NCBI GenBank assembly: GCA_030390025.1 | Contig: CM059431.1 | Span: 133,240,001 to 133,304,000, forward strand | Direction of reading: 5' to 3' | DNA: 64,000 nucleotides | Source of the DNA: Squalus acanthias | Lineage: Eukaryota | Part shown: piece after piece, positions 37,702 to 50,295 of the stretch | Numbering within the stretch: the first letter of the stretch is position 1 | Layout of the letters: every line of letters starts with the position of its first letter | Translations under genes and position numbers: made by a program | The notes under the pieces: model-generated | Database searches by the model: none | Told to the model about the DNA's origin: nothing | What the model saw: only the letters and a program-made list of their open reading frames with translations

Positions 37702-38314
37702 CAGATGCCCACCTCGCAGTATTACAATGGGAAGAGATTGAAAATTAGACAAATGTAGGCAGCCAGTTTAAAAAATATCTAAATATTTAAACCTGAATAA
37801 ATTGGCATGCTATATGACATATTCTCAGAGCTTTCGCATTTGTTATTGTGTCACCAAGTGTAAATCTGCTAAGTATCATTCACTGAACTTTGCACTGGGA
37901 ATAAAGCAGTAAGTGAATCAACAAATATATCAGATTCTAAATGAGATCCAATTTTCAAAAACATATCCTTAACTGTTAAAAAGTAGCTTAGTAAATGTAA
38001 TTTTTGTTATTAATAACCTGTAGCCAGTTATTGGGGGAATAATGAACTCTTAATATTTAACAATAACCTTCCCAACAATTGAGAGATAAGGAAGAAGTTG
38101 AATATGATGCTTATTGGGAATCTTCAGAGACTAACAGTGGCATTTGCAAAATAATTTTCAGGTAAAATCAGTAGTCCCTTCAAGCCCCATTTAGCTGCAG
38201 CAACAAAGGTGAAGTAGCCTTACGAAATAGCCTTCACTACTGGATCAGCAACTCGATAGGGTAGATACAGAGAAACGATTTTCTCTGATGGAGGAATCCA
38301 GATCGGCGAGGGGC

Positions 38315-38729
38315 GGGTATCCACTGAAGACGTGACTCATGACACTCTTGAGGAGACCCAAGTACTGAGGCCCAGGAGAGATACAATGAAAGCCACATTT
38401 CCACCAGATGTGTCATAGAGCAGACAATAAGCAAGTTCAAAAAGCGCTTCAGATGCCTTGACAGATCTGGAGGAGCCCTTCAGTACGCACCAGCCAGGGT
38501 CTTCAGAATTGTCGTGGTCTGCTGCGCCCTGCACAACACAGCGCAGCAGCAAGGATTAGTGCTGCATGAGGAGCAAGGCTCTGAGTGCACAGCCTCTTCA
38601 GAGGAGGAGCATCAGTTGGAATACGAGGAGCAGGAGCTGGAGGAACCTGCAGTCCAGATCCCACCAGCACCAGAGCACATTGCTGCCCGGGAGGCCAGGG
38701 ATGGCCTCACCATGTCCAGATTTACTTAA
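38315..38729 (+). pseudogene. Harbinger (HARBI1-like, DDE_Tnp_4) transposase C-terminus
   Basis: GYPLKT*LMT...TEAQERYNESHISTRCVIEQTISKFKKRFRCLDRSGGALQYAPARVFRIVVVCCALHN; one stop and one frameshift. Confidence 0.9.
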
Positions 38730-40488
38730 CTTTATGCAGTACACCCATCTGGCTGCCACTTGCTTCGCCAGGTTGGCAACACCCCACAGCCACACCATAA
38801 AGGACCCCTACAATGACCAAGCCATTCCTTTCACACTGACCACCATTGTTGGAGGTACCGTTATGTCTCACCATTCACTGCAACTCACTAAGCCACTTCC
38901 AAAGGTGCACACAAATTTGTCCAAGCCAGGAAAGTGGTGAAAATAAAGATTTTTATGGTTGACAATACATTAATGGAAACTTGACATTAACATTGAATAA
39001 AACACCCAAGTGGCTACCCTTGTGAATCTACTTGTGGGTCATCTTTCTCTTTGGCATGCTTCTACGAAGAGCTACCCCTGTGGCTTCAGCAGAGGTAGAG
39101 GCAGCCTGCTCATTTTCTGCTGTGACTGCTTAGACACTGTTGGTGGACGTCCTCTGGGTTTTGAAGCCTGTGATGGCCCCGCCAAAGTCTGCTCCTCCTG
39201 CGACTGTGCAGGGACAGACTCAGCCATCGCGATCCGAGGAGCCATCTGGGGCTCTGACTAAGTGGGTGGCAACGGGGGAGAAGTGTAAGCGCTTTGAGAG
39301 GAGCCCACACTTCCATCTCTCCTCTCACCGTCATCCCTCTCATGGGCCACCCGCACTTCCCTGCTTGCAAGGAGCTGGAGAGCACCTTGCTGCACATCAG
39401 TGGGGCCATGAAGACCCACGTCTATGCTGACATCCCTCCTGGACAGAAGGTCTATGAGCTTCTGCCATCTATTCTCCATAGAGACCATGTGCTCCTGTGA
39501 GTGGCACATTAGCTGCTCCATACAGGTGGCCATCCTATCCATGGAAAAGCCCACAGTCGCCATCGCCTGTGACACTCTGGTGCTCATGTTGAAGGTGGAC
39601 TCCTCCATTCTCGGAACATTTGCAGACATCGCGGTCGCAAAACTTGTCACAGCCCCCTGCACTTCTTCCTGTACCTCCAGGATTTCCCTCTGCATGCAGC
39701 TGAGCAGAACTGGGAGTGTCCTGCGCCCACCGGCGAGGAGTCTCCATTGCTGTCCCTGTCTCCACCATCTGCTCTTGCTCACTTGTGACGGACCCGGTAA
39801 CAACACTACTCTATCTCGCGTGGGACCCACCGATGTGTGCGTCTCTGCGCTGGTGCTGGGTGCGCTCATGTCTGGCGATGGTGCGCCCTCAGAGGCTGGA
39901 GGCTCCTCTGAGGAGTCGTCTTCCTCTTCCTCCTGGACAGTGGGGGTGCTCTTGATGGACCTGTGGAAGAGTAAAGAGATGAGTTAGATATGCCATATGA
40001 AGAATGGGTACACATACAATTATGCACATGATGACCATTTAGTGGCTGATGACATCAGTCCCCATGTGAGTGACTGCTGTATGCCATGTAGTGTATGATA
40101 TGTAATTCTGTCATCAGGTTGCTGAGATGTCCCCCTCTCTCCATTTCCCACCTCCAGCTGCTCGGCCACTCACGAGACTTCAACCGCAGCCTCCTCTGCT
40201 GTTGTGAAGGTGGCAAATGATGGAGGCCCACCTCCAGTTTTCTCCTTATTGTGCGCTCTCTTCTCCTGCAAGGAGGGAAAGAAGAGTGAGTGAGAGTGAT
40301 GGGTTACATCTTCAGAGGGAGACTATGATGGCTTGGGGTGGCAATGCCAAATGGACTCCTTGCGTGTTGTTAGTTGGTACGATTGCATTAGAATGAGGGT
40401 AAGTGTGAGGTGTGGCTTAGTCAGATGAGGATGTGATAATGTAGAGAGAGAGAGGGATGGGTGGACGTGCAAGGTATGTTGGTGTGAG

Positions 40489-42283
40489 TTTTTTTTGGAT
40501 TTGTTCATGGGATGTGGGCGTCGCTGGCAAGGCCAGCATTTATTGCCCATCCCTAACTGCCCTTGAGAAGGTGGTGGTGAGCCGCCTTCTTGAACCGCTG
40601 CAGTCCTTGTGGTGAAGGTACTCCCACAGTGCTGTTAGGGAGGGAGTTCCAGGATTTTGACCCAGCGACGATGAAGGAACGGCGATATACTTCCAAGTCA
40701 GGATGGTGTGTGTCCTGGAGGGGACCTTGGAGGTGGTGGTGTTCCCATGCGCCTACTGCCCTTGTCCTTCTAAATGGTAGAGGTCGCGGGTTCGGGAGGT
40801 GCTGCTGAAAAAGCCTTGGCGAGTTGCTGCAGTGCATCTGGTAGATGGTACACACTGCAGCCACGGTACGCTGGTGGTAGAGGGAGTGAATGCTTAAGGT
40901 GGTGGATGGGGTGCCAATCAAGCGGGCTGCTTTGTCCTGAATGGTGTCGCGCTTCGAGTGTTGCTGGAGCTGCACTCATCCAGGCAAGTGGAGAGTATTC
41001 CATCACACTCCTTACTTGTGCCTTGTAGATGGTGGAAAGGCTTTGGGGAGTCAGGAGGTGAGACACTCGCCTCAGAATACCCAGTCTCTGACCTGCTCTT
41101 GTTGCCACAGTATTTATGTGGCTGGTCCAGTTATGTTTCTGGTCAATGGTGACCCCAGGATGTTGATGGTGGTGGAGATTCGGTGATGGTAATGCCGTTG
41201 AATGTCAAGGGGCAGTGGTTAGACTCTAGCTTGTTGGAGATAGTTATTGCCTGGCACTTGTGTGGCGCGAATGTTACCTGCCACTTATCAGCCCAAGCCT
41301 GAATGTCATCCAGGTCTTGCTGCATCCGGGCATGGACTGCTTCATTATCTGAGGAGTTGCGAATGGCACTGAACACTGTGCAGTCATCAGCGAACATCCC
41401 CATTTCTGACCTTATGTTGGAGGGAAGGTCATTCATGAAGCAGCTGAAGATGGTTGGGCCTAGGACACTGCCCTGAGGAACTCCTGCAGCAATGTCCTGG
41501 GGCTGTGATGATTGACCTCCAACCACCACAACCATCTTCCTTTGTGTTAGGTATGACTCCAGCCAGTGGAGAGTTTTCCCCGATTCCCATTGACTTCAGT
41601 TTTACTCGGGCTCCTTGATGCCACACTCGGTCAAATGCTGCCTTGATGTCAAGGGCAGTCACTCTAACCTCACCTCTGGTTGGATCAAGGCTGTAATGAG
41701 GTCTGGAACTGAGTGGTCCTGGCGGAACCCAAACTGGGCATCAGTGAGCAGGTTATTGGTGAGTAAGTGCTGTTTGATAGCACTGTCGACGACACCTTCC
41801 ATCACTTTGCTGATAATTGATAGTAGACTGATGTGGCGGTAATTGGCTGGATTGGATTTGTCCTGCTTTTTATGGACAGAACATACCTGGGCAGTTTTCC
41901 ACATTGTCGGATAGATGCCAGTGTTGTAGCTGTGCTGGAACAGCTTGGCTAGAGGTGCGGCTAGTTCTGGAGCACAAGTCTTCAGCATGACAGCTGAGAT
42001 GTTGTCGGGGCCCATAGCCTTTGCTGTATCCAGTGTGCTCAGCCGTTTCTTGATATCACGTGGAGTGAATCGAGTTGGCTGAAGACTGGCTTCTGTGATG
42101 TTGGGGACCTCAGGAGGAGGCCGATATCGATCATCTACTCGGCACTTCTGGCTGAAGATGGTTTCAAACGCTTCAGCCTTGTCTTTTGCGCTCACGTGCT
42201 GGGTCCATCATCATAGAGGATGGGGATATTCATGGAGCCTCCTCCTCCCATTAGTTGTTTAATGGTCCACCACCATTCATGAC
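40489..42283 (-). mobile_element. Jockey-group non-LTR retrotransposon distinct from the main CR1 family (clade uncertain)
   Basis: RT motifs KAMGPD, NYRHISLLS, LDIKAAFDRVWH, GVPQGSVLGP, FADD; A-rich tail; sits in intron 1 of H4. Confidence 0.88.
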
Positions 42284-43153
42284 TGGTCGCGCAGGAGTAG
42301 GGTTGGGAAGGCAGAGTGGTGGGGATGTGATGAGAGGCACAGCAGGATGAAGTTGAGTGTGGCTTTGTACTCACCTTTCCTGATCTAATGAGATCATTGA
42401 AACGTTTCCGGCACTGCACCCAGGTCCTCCTGATCACATCTCTGCTGTTGACCTCCTCAGCAATTTGGAGCCAGGCTCTTCTTGTCTCCTGGGGAGGTCT
42501 CTTCCGCCCATTTGAAGGGAAGAGGACCTCCCTGCGTGCTCTGACTCCCTCCACAAGCATATGGAAGGAGTCATCGGAGAACCTGGGTGCAGCCCTCTGC
42601 CTCTGTGCAGTCATCTCTCCAACTGTTTGGAGCAATCAAAACCTCCAGTGTGCTGCCTGCACACTCCTAGATGAACCTTCAAATGCAACGTGACCATGGC
42701 TCTTTTAAATGTCCCGCTGAAAACACGTAATCGATGACAGTATCAGACCCGCCCCATTTAATCGGGTTTGGGTAACGCGGAAGGCAGGTTTAATAGGCCC
42801 CATTAGCGCAAAGTCAATCTCAGCAGCGAGATGGAAGCAATAACAGGGTTGTGACCTGCCACGTCGACCGCCCGCACCCGACCCGCCCAGGTACAGAAAA
42901 TTCCGGCCATAGTGAGAGAGGAAAATTAAGGGGTTTAGCATCTTTAAAAGTAGATAAACCGCCAGGTCCAGATGAAAGGTATCCCAGGCTGTTAAGAGAA
43001 GCAAGGGAAGAAATATAGCGGAGGCTCTGACCATCATTTGCTAATCCTCTCTGGCTATAGGCCTGGTGCCGGAGGACTGCAAACATTGTACCGTTGTTTA
43101 AGAAGGGAGAAAGGAATAGACCTAGTAATTACAGGCCAGTCAGTCTAACCTCG

Positions 43154-44042
43154 GCCTCCACGGTCTCTAAATTGTCAGCCTGCTTGTCCGACATACAGTT
43201 CTGGATGAGCAAAAATTTTCTCCAATTAAATATTGGGAAAACCGAAGCCATTGTTTTCAGTCTCCGCCACAAAATCCGTTCCCTAGCCACTGACTCCATC
43301 CCTCTTCCTAACATCTGTCTGAGGCTGAACCACACTGTTCACAACCTTGGTGTCATATTTGACTCTGAAATGAGCTTCCGACCACATATCCGCAGCATAA
43401 CAAAGACTGCCTACTTCCATCTCCGTAACATCGCCTGTCTTCGCCCTTGCCTCAGCTCATCCGCTGCTGAAACCCTCATCCATGCCTTTGTTACCTCTAG
43501 ACTGGATTATTCCAACGCACTCCTGGCTGGCCTCCCAAATTCCACCCTACGTAAACTTGAGGTCATGCAAAACTCGGCTGCCCGTGTCCTAACTCGCACC
43601 AAGTCCCGTTCACCCATCTCCCCTGTGCTCGCTAACCTACACTGGCTCCCGGTTAAGCAGCGCCTCGATTTCAAAATTCTCATCCTTGTTTTCAAATCCC
43701 TCCATGGCCTCGCCCCTTCCTATCTCTGTAATCTCCTTCAGCCCCACAACCCCGAGATATCTGCGCTCCTCTAATTCTGCCCTCTTGAGCATCCCGTGCC
43801 TTCTGTTGCCTAGGCCCTAAGCTCTGGAATTCCCTGCCTAAACCTCTCCGCCTCGCTACCTCTCTTTCCTCCTTGAAGACGCTCCTTAAAACCTACCTCT
43901 TTGACCAAGCTTTTGGTCACTTGCCCTAATTTATCCTTATGTGGCTCGGTGTAAAATTTTTTGTCTTACAATACTCCTGTGCAGCGCCTTGGGACGTTTT
44001 ACTACGTTAAAGGCGCTATATAAATACAAGTTGTTGTTGTTG
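43154..44042 (+). mobile_element. L2-clade LINE 3' portion
   Basis: CLSDIQFWMSKNFLQLNIGKTE...HAFVTSRLDYSNALL...LHWLPV; tail aaaggcgctatataaatacaag(ttg)n. Confidence 0.92.
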
Positions 44043-44199
44043 TGGCCTAATTATTGGGAAAAATTCTGAGGGACCGCATTAATCAATATTTAGAAAGGCA
44101 CGGATTAATCAAGGAAAGTCAGAATGTTAAGAGAAGGTTGTGTCTGACTAACATGATTGAGTCTTTTGAAGTGGTAACAAGGAGGGTGGATGAGGGTAG

Positions 44200-44760
44200 T
44201 TTTTTTTCTATTCGTTCATGGGATGTGGGTGTCGCTGGCAAGGCCAGCATTTATTGCCCATCCCTAATTGCCCTTGAGAAGGTGGTGGTGAGTCGCCTTC
44301 TTGAACCGCTGCAGTCCGTGTGGTGAAGGTGCTCCCACAGTGCTGTTAGGTAGGGTGTTCCAGGATTTTGACCCAGCGACGATGAAGGATCGGCGATATA
44401 CTTCTAAGTCAGGATGGTGTGTGACTTGGAGGGGAACTTGGAGGTGGTGGTGTTCCCATGCGCCTGCTGCCCTTGTCCTTCTAGGTGGAAGAGGTCGAGG
44501 GTTTGGGAGGTGCTGCCGAAGAAGCCTTGGCGAGTTGCTGCAGTGCATCTTGTAGATGGTACACACTGCAGCCACGGTACGCCGGTGGTGGAGGGAGTGA
44601 ATGTTTAAGGTGGTGGATGGGGTGCCGATCAAGCGGGCTGCTTTGTCCTGGCTGGTGTCGAGCTTCTTGAGTGTTGTTGGAGCTGCACTCATTCAGGCAA
44701 GAGTATTCCATCACACTCCTTACTTGTGCCTTGTAGATGGTGGAAAGGCTTTGGGGAGTC
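44200..44760 (-). mobile_element. Jockey-group LINE 3' fragment (same family as 40489-42283)
   Basis: ORF 44264..44692 closely matches ORF 40553..40975. Confidence 0.9.
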
Positions 44761-45884
44761 AGTGCGTTTGATGTAGTCTACATGGACTTTAGCAATGTTT
44801 TTGACAAGGTCGCACATCACAGACTGGTCAGAATAGTAAAAGCCCATGGGATTCAAGGGAACGTTGCAAGTTGGATCCAAAAATTGGCTCAGTGGCAGGA
44901 AACAGAGGGTAATGGTTGATGGGTGTTTTTGTGACTGGAAGGCTGTTTCCAGTGGGGTTCCGCAGGGCTCAGTACTAGGTCCCTTGGTTTTCGTGGTATA
45001 TATCAATGATTTAGACTTCAATGTAACGGGTATGATTAAGAAGCTTGCAGATGATACAAAAATTGGCTGTGTGATTTATAGTGAGGAAAAACGCTTAGAC
45101 TACAGAAAGATATCGATGGACTGGTCAGGGGGGCAGAAAAGTGGCAAATGGAATTCAATCCGGAGAAGTGTGAGGTAACAAGGTAAGGGAATACACAATA
45201 AATGATAAGATACTGAGAAGTGTAGAGGAACAGAGGGACGTTGGAGTGCATATCCAGAGATCCCTGAAGATAGCATGACAGGTAGATAAGGCGGTTAAGA
45301 AGGCATTCGGGATGCTGTCCTTTATTAGCCGAGGGAAAGAATATAAGAGCAGGGAGGTTATGCTAGAACTGTATAAAAACCCTAGTTAGGTCACAGCAAG
45401 AGAATCGAGTACAGTTCTGGTCACCACATTACAGAAAAGATGTGATTGCACTGGAGAGGGTACAGAGAGATTTATGAGAATGTTGAGAGATTTTAGCTGT
45501 GAGGAAAGATTGGATAGGCTGGGGTTGTTTTCTTTGAGCAGAGGAGGCTGGGGGGAGATTTAATTGACATGTATAAAATTATGAGGGGCTTAGCTAGAGT
45601 GGAAAGAAGGGCCTATTTCCCTTAGCAGAGGTCAATAACCAGGGGGCATAGATTTAAAGTAATTGGGTGGTGAGGGTGTGGAACTCACTGCCTGAAAGGG
45701 TGGTAGAGGCAGAAGCCCTAATCAGATTTAAAAAGTACTTGGATATGCACTTGAAGTGCTGTAACCTACAAGGCTACGGACCAAGATCTGGAAAGTGGGA
45801 TTAGACTGGATAGCTTTTTTCCAGCCGGCAGACACGATGGGCCGAATGGCCTCCTTCAGTGCCGTAAACCTCTATGTAATGCTT

Positions 45885-48640
45885 GTACAATTTCATTACC
45901 TATCTCTTTTAATATCCTGGGGTGGAAATCATCACATCCTGGAGCTTTATCTATCTTAAGTCTTATTATATTCTCCATTACCATTTTTTAAAAACTTATA
46001 TCAAATCCACTAAGTTCCTCTCCATGACCTACTTTAACCTCAACTTAGGTTCCCTTCTACCTCGGCTATTTTGTCCTCTTCCACCACTGTGAAAACAGAT
46101 ACACAGTATTCGTTTAACAAGCCTGCCATTTCTTTATTACTCATTATAGTCTAGCCTGCATCAGTCTTTAATGGCCTCACATTCTCTTATTATAGCGATG
46201 AAAACTTTTAATGTTAGCTTTGATATTCCTTGCATATTTCCATTTTGCACCCCTTATTACTTTCTTTGTACAGGAAACTCTCTTTTAACCGGCACCCAAA
46301 TAACCGGAAATCTCTCTTAACCGGCAAAATTCTTGAGTAGGTAACCGGGGTTTTCCTTCAACTCTCCTTTAAAAATAACTTAAAAAAACCCCCCGAGGCG
46401 TTTGGCTTGTATCAGAGCGTGTAGATTGGGAGGGGAATGTGCAGCCCGGGTAGGCAGCGGACACGACAGATGGTCAGCTGGCGGTCCCTGGGGAGACGGA
46501 GCTCCGAATGCAGGCGCATGTCAGTGTGTACGGGGCTCTAGTACGTTCGGAGATATAACTCTCCATTATCCGGACTTTTTGATTAACCGGCACCACGCCG
46601 GTCCCGTCGGTGCCGGTTAATAAAGAGTTTCCTGTATCCCTTTGTTGCATTTCATAGCTCTCCAAGTCCGGTAAATTTCCACTATTCATAAGAACTAGGA
46701 GCAGAAGTAAGTCATACAGCCCCTCGAGCCTGCTCCGCCATTCAATAAGATCATGGCTGATCTTCGACCTCAACTCCACTTTCCTGTCCGATCTCCATAT
46801 CCCTTGATTTCCCCTAGAGTCCAAAAATCTATCTATCTCGGCCTTGAATATACTCAACGATTCAGCATTCACAGCCCTTTGGGGTAGAGAATTCCAAAGA
46901 TTCACAACCCTCTGAGTGAAGAAATTTCTCCTCTTCTCAGTTTTAAATGGCCGACCACTTATCCTGAGACTATGCCCCCTAGTTCTAGACTCTCCAACCA
47001 GGGGAAATATCCTCTCAGCATCTACCCTGTCAATCCCCCTCAGAATCTTATATGCTTCAATGAGATCACCCCTCATTCTTCTAAACTCCAGAAAGTATAG
47101 GCTCAATCTACTCAATCTCTCCTCATAGGACAACCTTCATCCCAGGAATCAATCTAGTGAGCCTTGGTTGCACCGCCTCTAAGCAAGTATACCCTTCCTC
47201 AGATAAGGAGACCAAAACTGTGCACAGTACTCCAGGTGTGGTCTCACTGTACCTGCATGCTAACTCTCCGTGTTTCCTGTACGAGGACACCTGAATCTCT
47301 CTGAACACCAACATTTAATAGTTTCTCACCATTTAAAAAATATTCTGTTTTTCTATTCTTCCTACGAAAGTGAATAACCTCACATTTCCCACATTATACT
47401 CTATCTGCCATCTTATTGCCCACTCACTTAACCTGTCTATATCCCTTTGCAGGCTCTTTGTGTCCTCCTCACAGCTTATTTTCCCACCTAGCTTTGGATC
47501 ATAAGCAAACGTGGATACATTATACTCGGTTCCTTCATCTAAGCCATTAATGTAAATTGTAAATAGTTGAAGCCCAAGCACTGATCCTTGCGGCACCCCA
47601 CGAATTACAGCCTGTCAACCCAAAAGTAACCTGTTTATCCCTACTCTCTGTTTTCTGTCCGTTAACCAATCCTCTATCCATGCTAATATATTACCCCCAA
47701 CCCCATGAGCCCTTATCTTGCGTAACAACCTTTTATATGGTACCTTATCGAATGCCTTTTAGAAATCCAAATATACTGCATCCACTGGTTCCCCTTTATC
47801 TACCCTGCTAGTTACATCCTCAAAAATCTCCAATAAATTTGTTAAACATGAGTTCTCTTTCATAAAACCATGTTGACTCTGCCTAATCATATCATATTCC
47901 TTTCCTTTTAGCTTGATACTGTCTCTTACCTCATTTGTTGACCATTTGCCTTTTATGGAGTATATTGGTTTTGTATCGTACCAAATAATTTTTTGAATAT
48001 TTCCCACGGTTTGTCTGTGGGTTTACCCATTAAGAGTTCAGTCCAATTTACTGTGGTCAATTTATTTTTCATCCCTTTGAAGTTTGCCTTAAATTTAAAA
48101 CTTTTGTTTGTGACTCTCCCTCTCAAATCTAGTATCAAATTCAATCATATAATGGTCACTATTTGCACAATACTCCCTTACTGTCAGATTGTTAACTAAT
48201 TCTCGCTCACTATACATCATTAAATCTAGTATGGCCTGTTCCTGTCAGTCCTAAAACATACTGTTCTAGAAAGCTGTACGAAATACATTCTCGAAATTCC
48301 TGCCTTTATTACTTTAGCTGTTCTGCTACTTCTAGTGTCTGTGAAAATGATAATCTTCCATTAAAATCACAGTTTCTGCTACATGCTTTCCTGATTTCCG
48401 TATTTATACATACCCCCACTACGGCCAGGTTGCTGTAGACAATCCTACCAGTCTTGCATTCTTTGCTGTTCCTTAACTCTACCAGTGTCTACTAGCGTTT
48501 CCACTGCCTGATCACCCTTACTGAAATCCCTTCTTCCTAATGCGGTAATTGTGTCTTTTATCAATATTGATACTCCTCCTCCTTTCTCAATTTCCCTTTC
48601 CTTTCCAAAGACCCTGTAGCCTGGAAAATTCAGGTCCCAA
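45885..48640 (-). mobile_element. Old CR1 ORF2 5' portion with a nested younger CR1 (~46690-47895) and a MITE
   Basis: Minus-strand ORFs 46474, 47333, 47759, 47953 and 48445 give CR1 RT and APE motifs (PGYRVF...KGGGVSILIKD). Confidence 0.82.
46271..46634. mobile_element. Tc1/mariner-pogo (Tigger-like) MITE related to 21375-21781
   Basis: TIR CAGGAAACTCTCTTTTAACCGGCA / TGCCGGTTAATAAAGAGTTTCCTG; TA TSD; shared subterminal ccggcaccacgccggtcccgtcg. Confidence 0.9.
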
Positions 48641-48642
48641 TT

Positions 48643-48791
48643 ATGCTTAGCAGCAACCACACAGATGTAAAAAGGAAAAAAAAATGGAGCCATTACACTT
48701 GCACTACCAGTAATGCTGTCTAACAAAGGAGTAAAGGTAGCATATACATCCCCAAACGAGACACACAGTGGGCTGCAATAAGAAGCATGTA
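48643..48791. repeat. Unclassified ~149-bp dispersed repeat, copy 2
   Basis: Matches 34377-34522. Confidence 0.85.
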
Positions 48792-49574
48792 GCAGGTTGT
48801 AGCATGGTCACTCTAATGGCTACTACATCGCACCCATTAAGCTGAATTTGTGCTTCGAACACTTGTTTTAATTCTTATGCTATGTGCATTTGACTCTTGC
48901 CTGCACTATCAATCAACCTTTCCTCACTCAGCTGCCATTTGATTAAAATATGTTGGGTCAAGTTTAAAACTAACTCCACATACAAATCATTGAACTAAAA
49001 CAGGGTTTGAAGACAAATGTTCTCCAGAATTAAATACACCATTGCTGCTTCAAATCCATAAGTGCACATTTGAAGTATCCAAGGTGCAGTGGATTCACTG
49101 AACTTTTTCCCGCTCTTTCCTTTCCATTTTTCTATATGTTCCTGCAATGCTGAAGACTAGACCCCTTTGTGGAGTGTAGCTTCCACAGATGCTGAGCACA
49201 TCTGGCTGCACCTGCCATTGAGCCACCAACCCATTTCAACCACAAACGCACGTTATGTGCACAAGTCCTAAAAGTGACCATTGGTCACCTATTCTATCAT
49301 GGTGGGCATCACAGCGTAACCCACTTGCACTTGCAGCAGGGGTCACTAGGTACTGAACAGGCGCAGGAAATAACCGGATAAACCTGAACTACTGAGGAGC
49401 TCCATTCTTATAATCATCCACTGAGCTAAACTGTTTTTCAAGTTTTACAGTCCAATATTTGAGGTGAAATAGCTCTTAAATTTTCTTTTTCTTTGCTTTT
49501 TAAAAGATTTTCAAGATGGCATGTAAATTATTGAGGAATTGGGAAGATAATAAAAATCATATGAAGCATTTCAC

Positions 49575-49694
49575 CTGAATGAAGATCTTGATGTTCATCA
49601 AATTTTGCTTGAAACTGTTGCTCTGTTTTTGTGGCACGAATAGTCCAAAGTCCTTGAAGGGATGAAGATAGATGGGAGAAAGCTGGGCTTCGAG
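49575..49694 (-). CDS. ABCC4: ABCC4/MRP4-like coding exon (human exon 22 equivalent)
   Basis: 120 bp; attcag|CT...TCAG|gtgaaa; (T)[39 protein letters not shown]; phase 1 at both ends, compatible with neighbouring exons. Confidence 0.95.
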
Positions 49695-49935
49695 CTGAAT
49701 TAAAAATCAACAAATAGTTCAATAATTTTCTGCGGTAATTTTAAATATTGTTACATTTATAAAAAAAAGGAGCATCAGCTCAGTGCCTCTGGCAATTAAT
49801 GGCATAGACTTTATATATATTTTAAAATCTTGCCTTGGGTGTGCATTTCCTGTTATCATGACTTTTCATCACACTTTTGTGTCAAGTTAACTTGCCATAG
49901 TAACATTTTGTATTCATTTTTGTTTTTGTTTTGGT

Positions 49936-50295
49936 GGAGGTGGGGGAGGATTGGCCGGGGTGGCGGAGTTTTGGTGGTGGGGGGGGCGGAGGTTTGCCGG
50001 GGGGCTAGAGAAAGAGGGCGGGCAGAGGTTAGGCCGCTGGGGGGGGGGGGGGGGGGGGGCGGAGTTTTGCTGGGGGGGGGGGGGGGGGGGGGCCCAGAGG
50101 CTTGGCCGGTGGGGCGGAAGGGAGGGAGAAAGGGGCGGAGTTTTGGTGGGAATGCAGAGATTTTTGGGGGGGGGGGGGGGTCAGGGGCCGAAGTTTGGCT
50201 GGAAGGCAGAGATCTGGCCCTGGGGGCGACGGCGTGGAGTTTTTGCGGGGGTTGCCGGCGTTTTGGTGGGGAGTGGCAGAGATTTGGCGGGGCAG
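49936..50295 (+). repeat. G-rich low-complexity tract with recurrent (g)cggagttt(t) units
   Basis: Several G-runs of roughly 15-20 nt and many shorter runs. Confidence 0.85.

Larger units (their letters stand above)
38315..42908 (-). mobile_element. PIF/Harbinger transposon (copy H4): transposase end plus convergent spliced Myb/SANT-like gene
   Basis: TIR at 42908 (minus strand GGCCGGAATTTTC); exon 1 42614-42375 open for 80 aa (APRFSDDSFHMLVEGV...AWLQIAEEVN...WVQCRKRFNDL); exon 2 from 40265 with KTGGGP; exon 3 from 39960. Confidence 0.85.
42910..45876 (+). mobile_element. CR1 LINE interrupted by an L2 and a jockey-group LINE
   Basis: Collinear CR1 segments ~42910-43153, 44055-44200 and 44761-45876. 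Confidence 0.88.
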
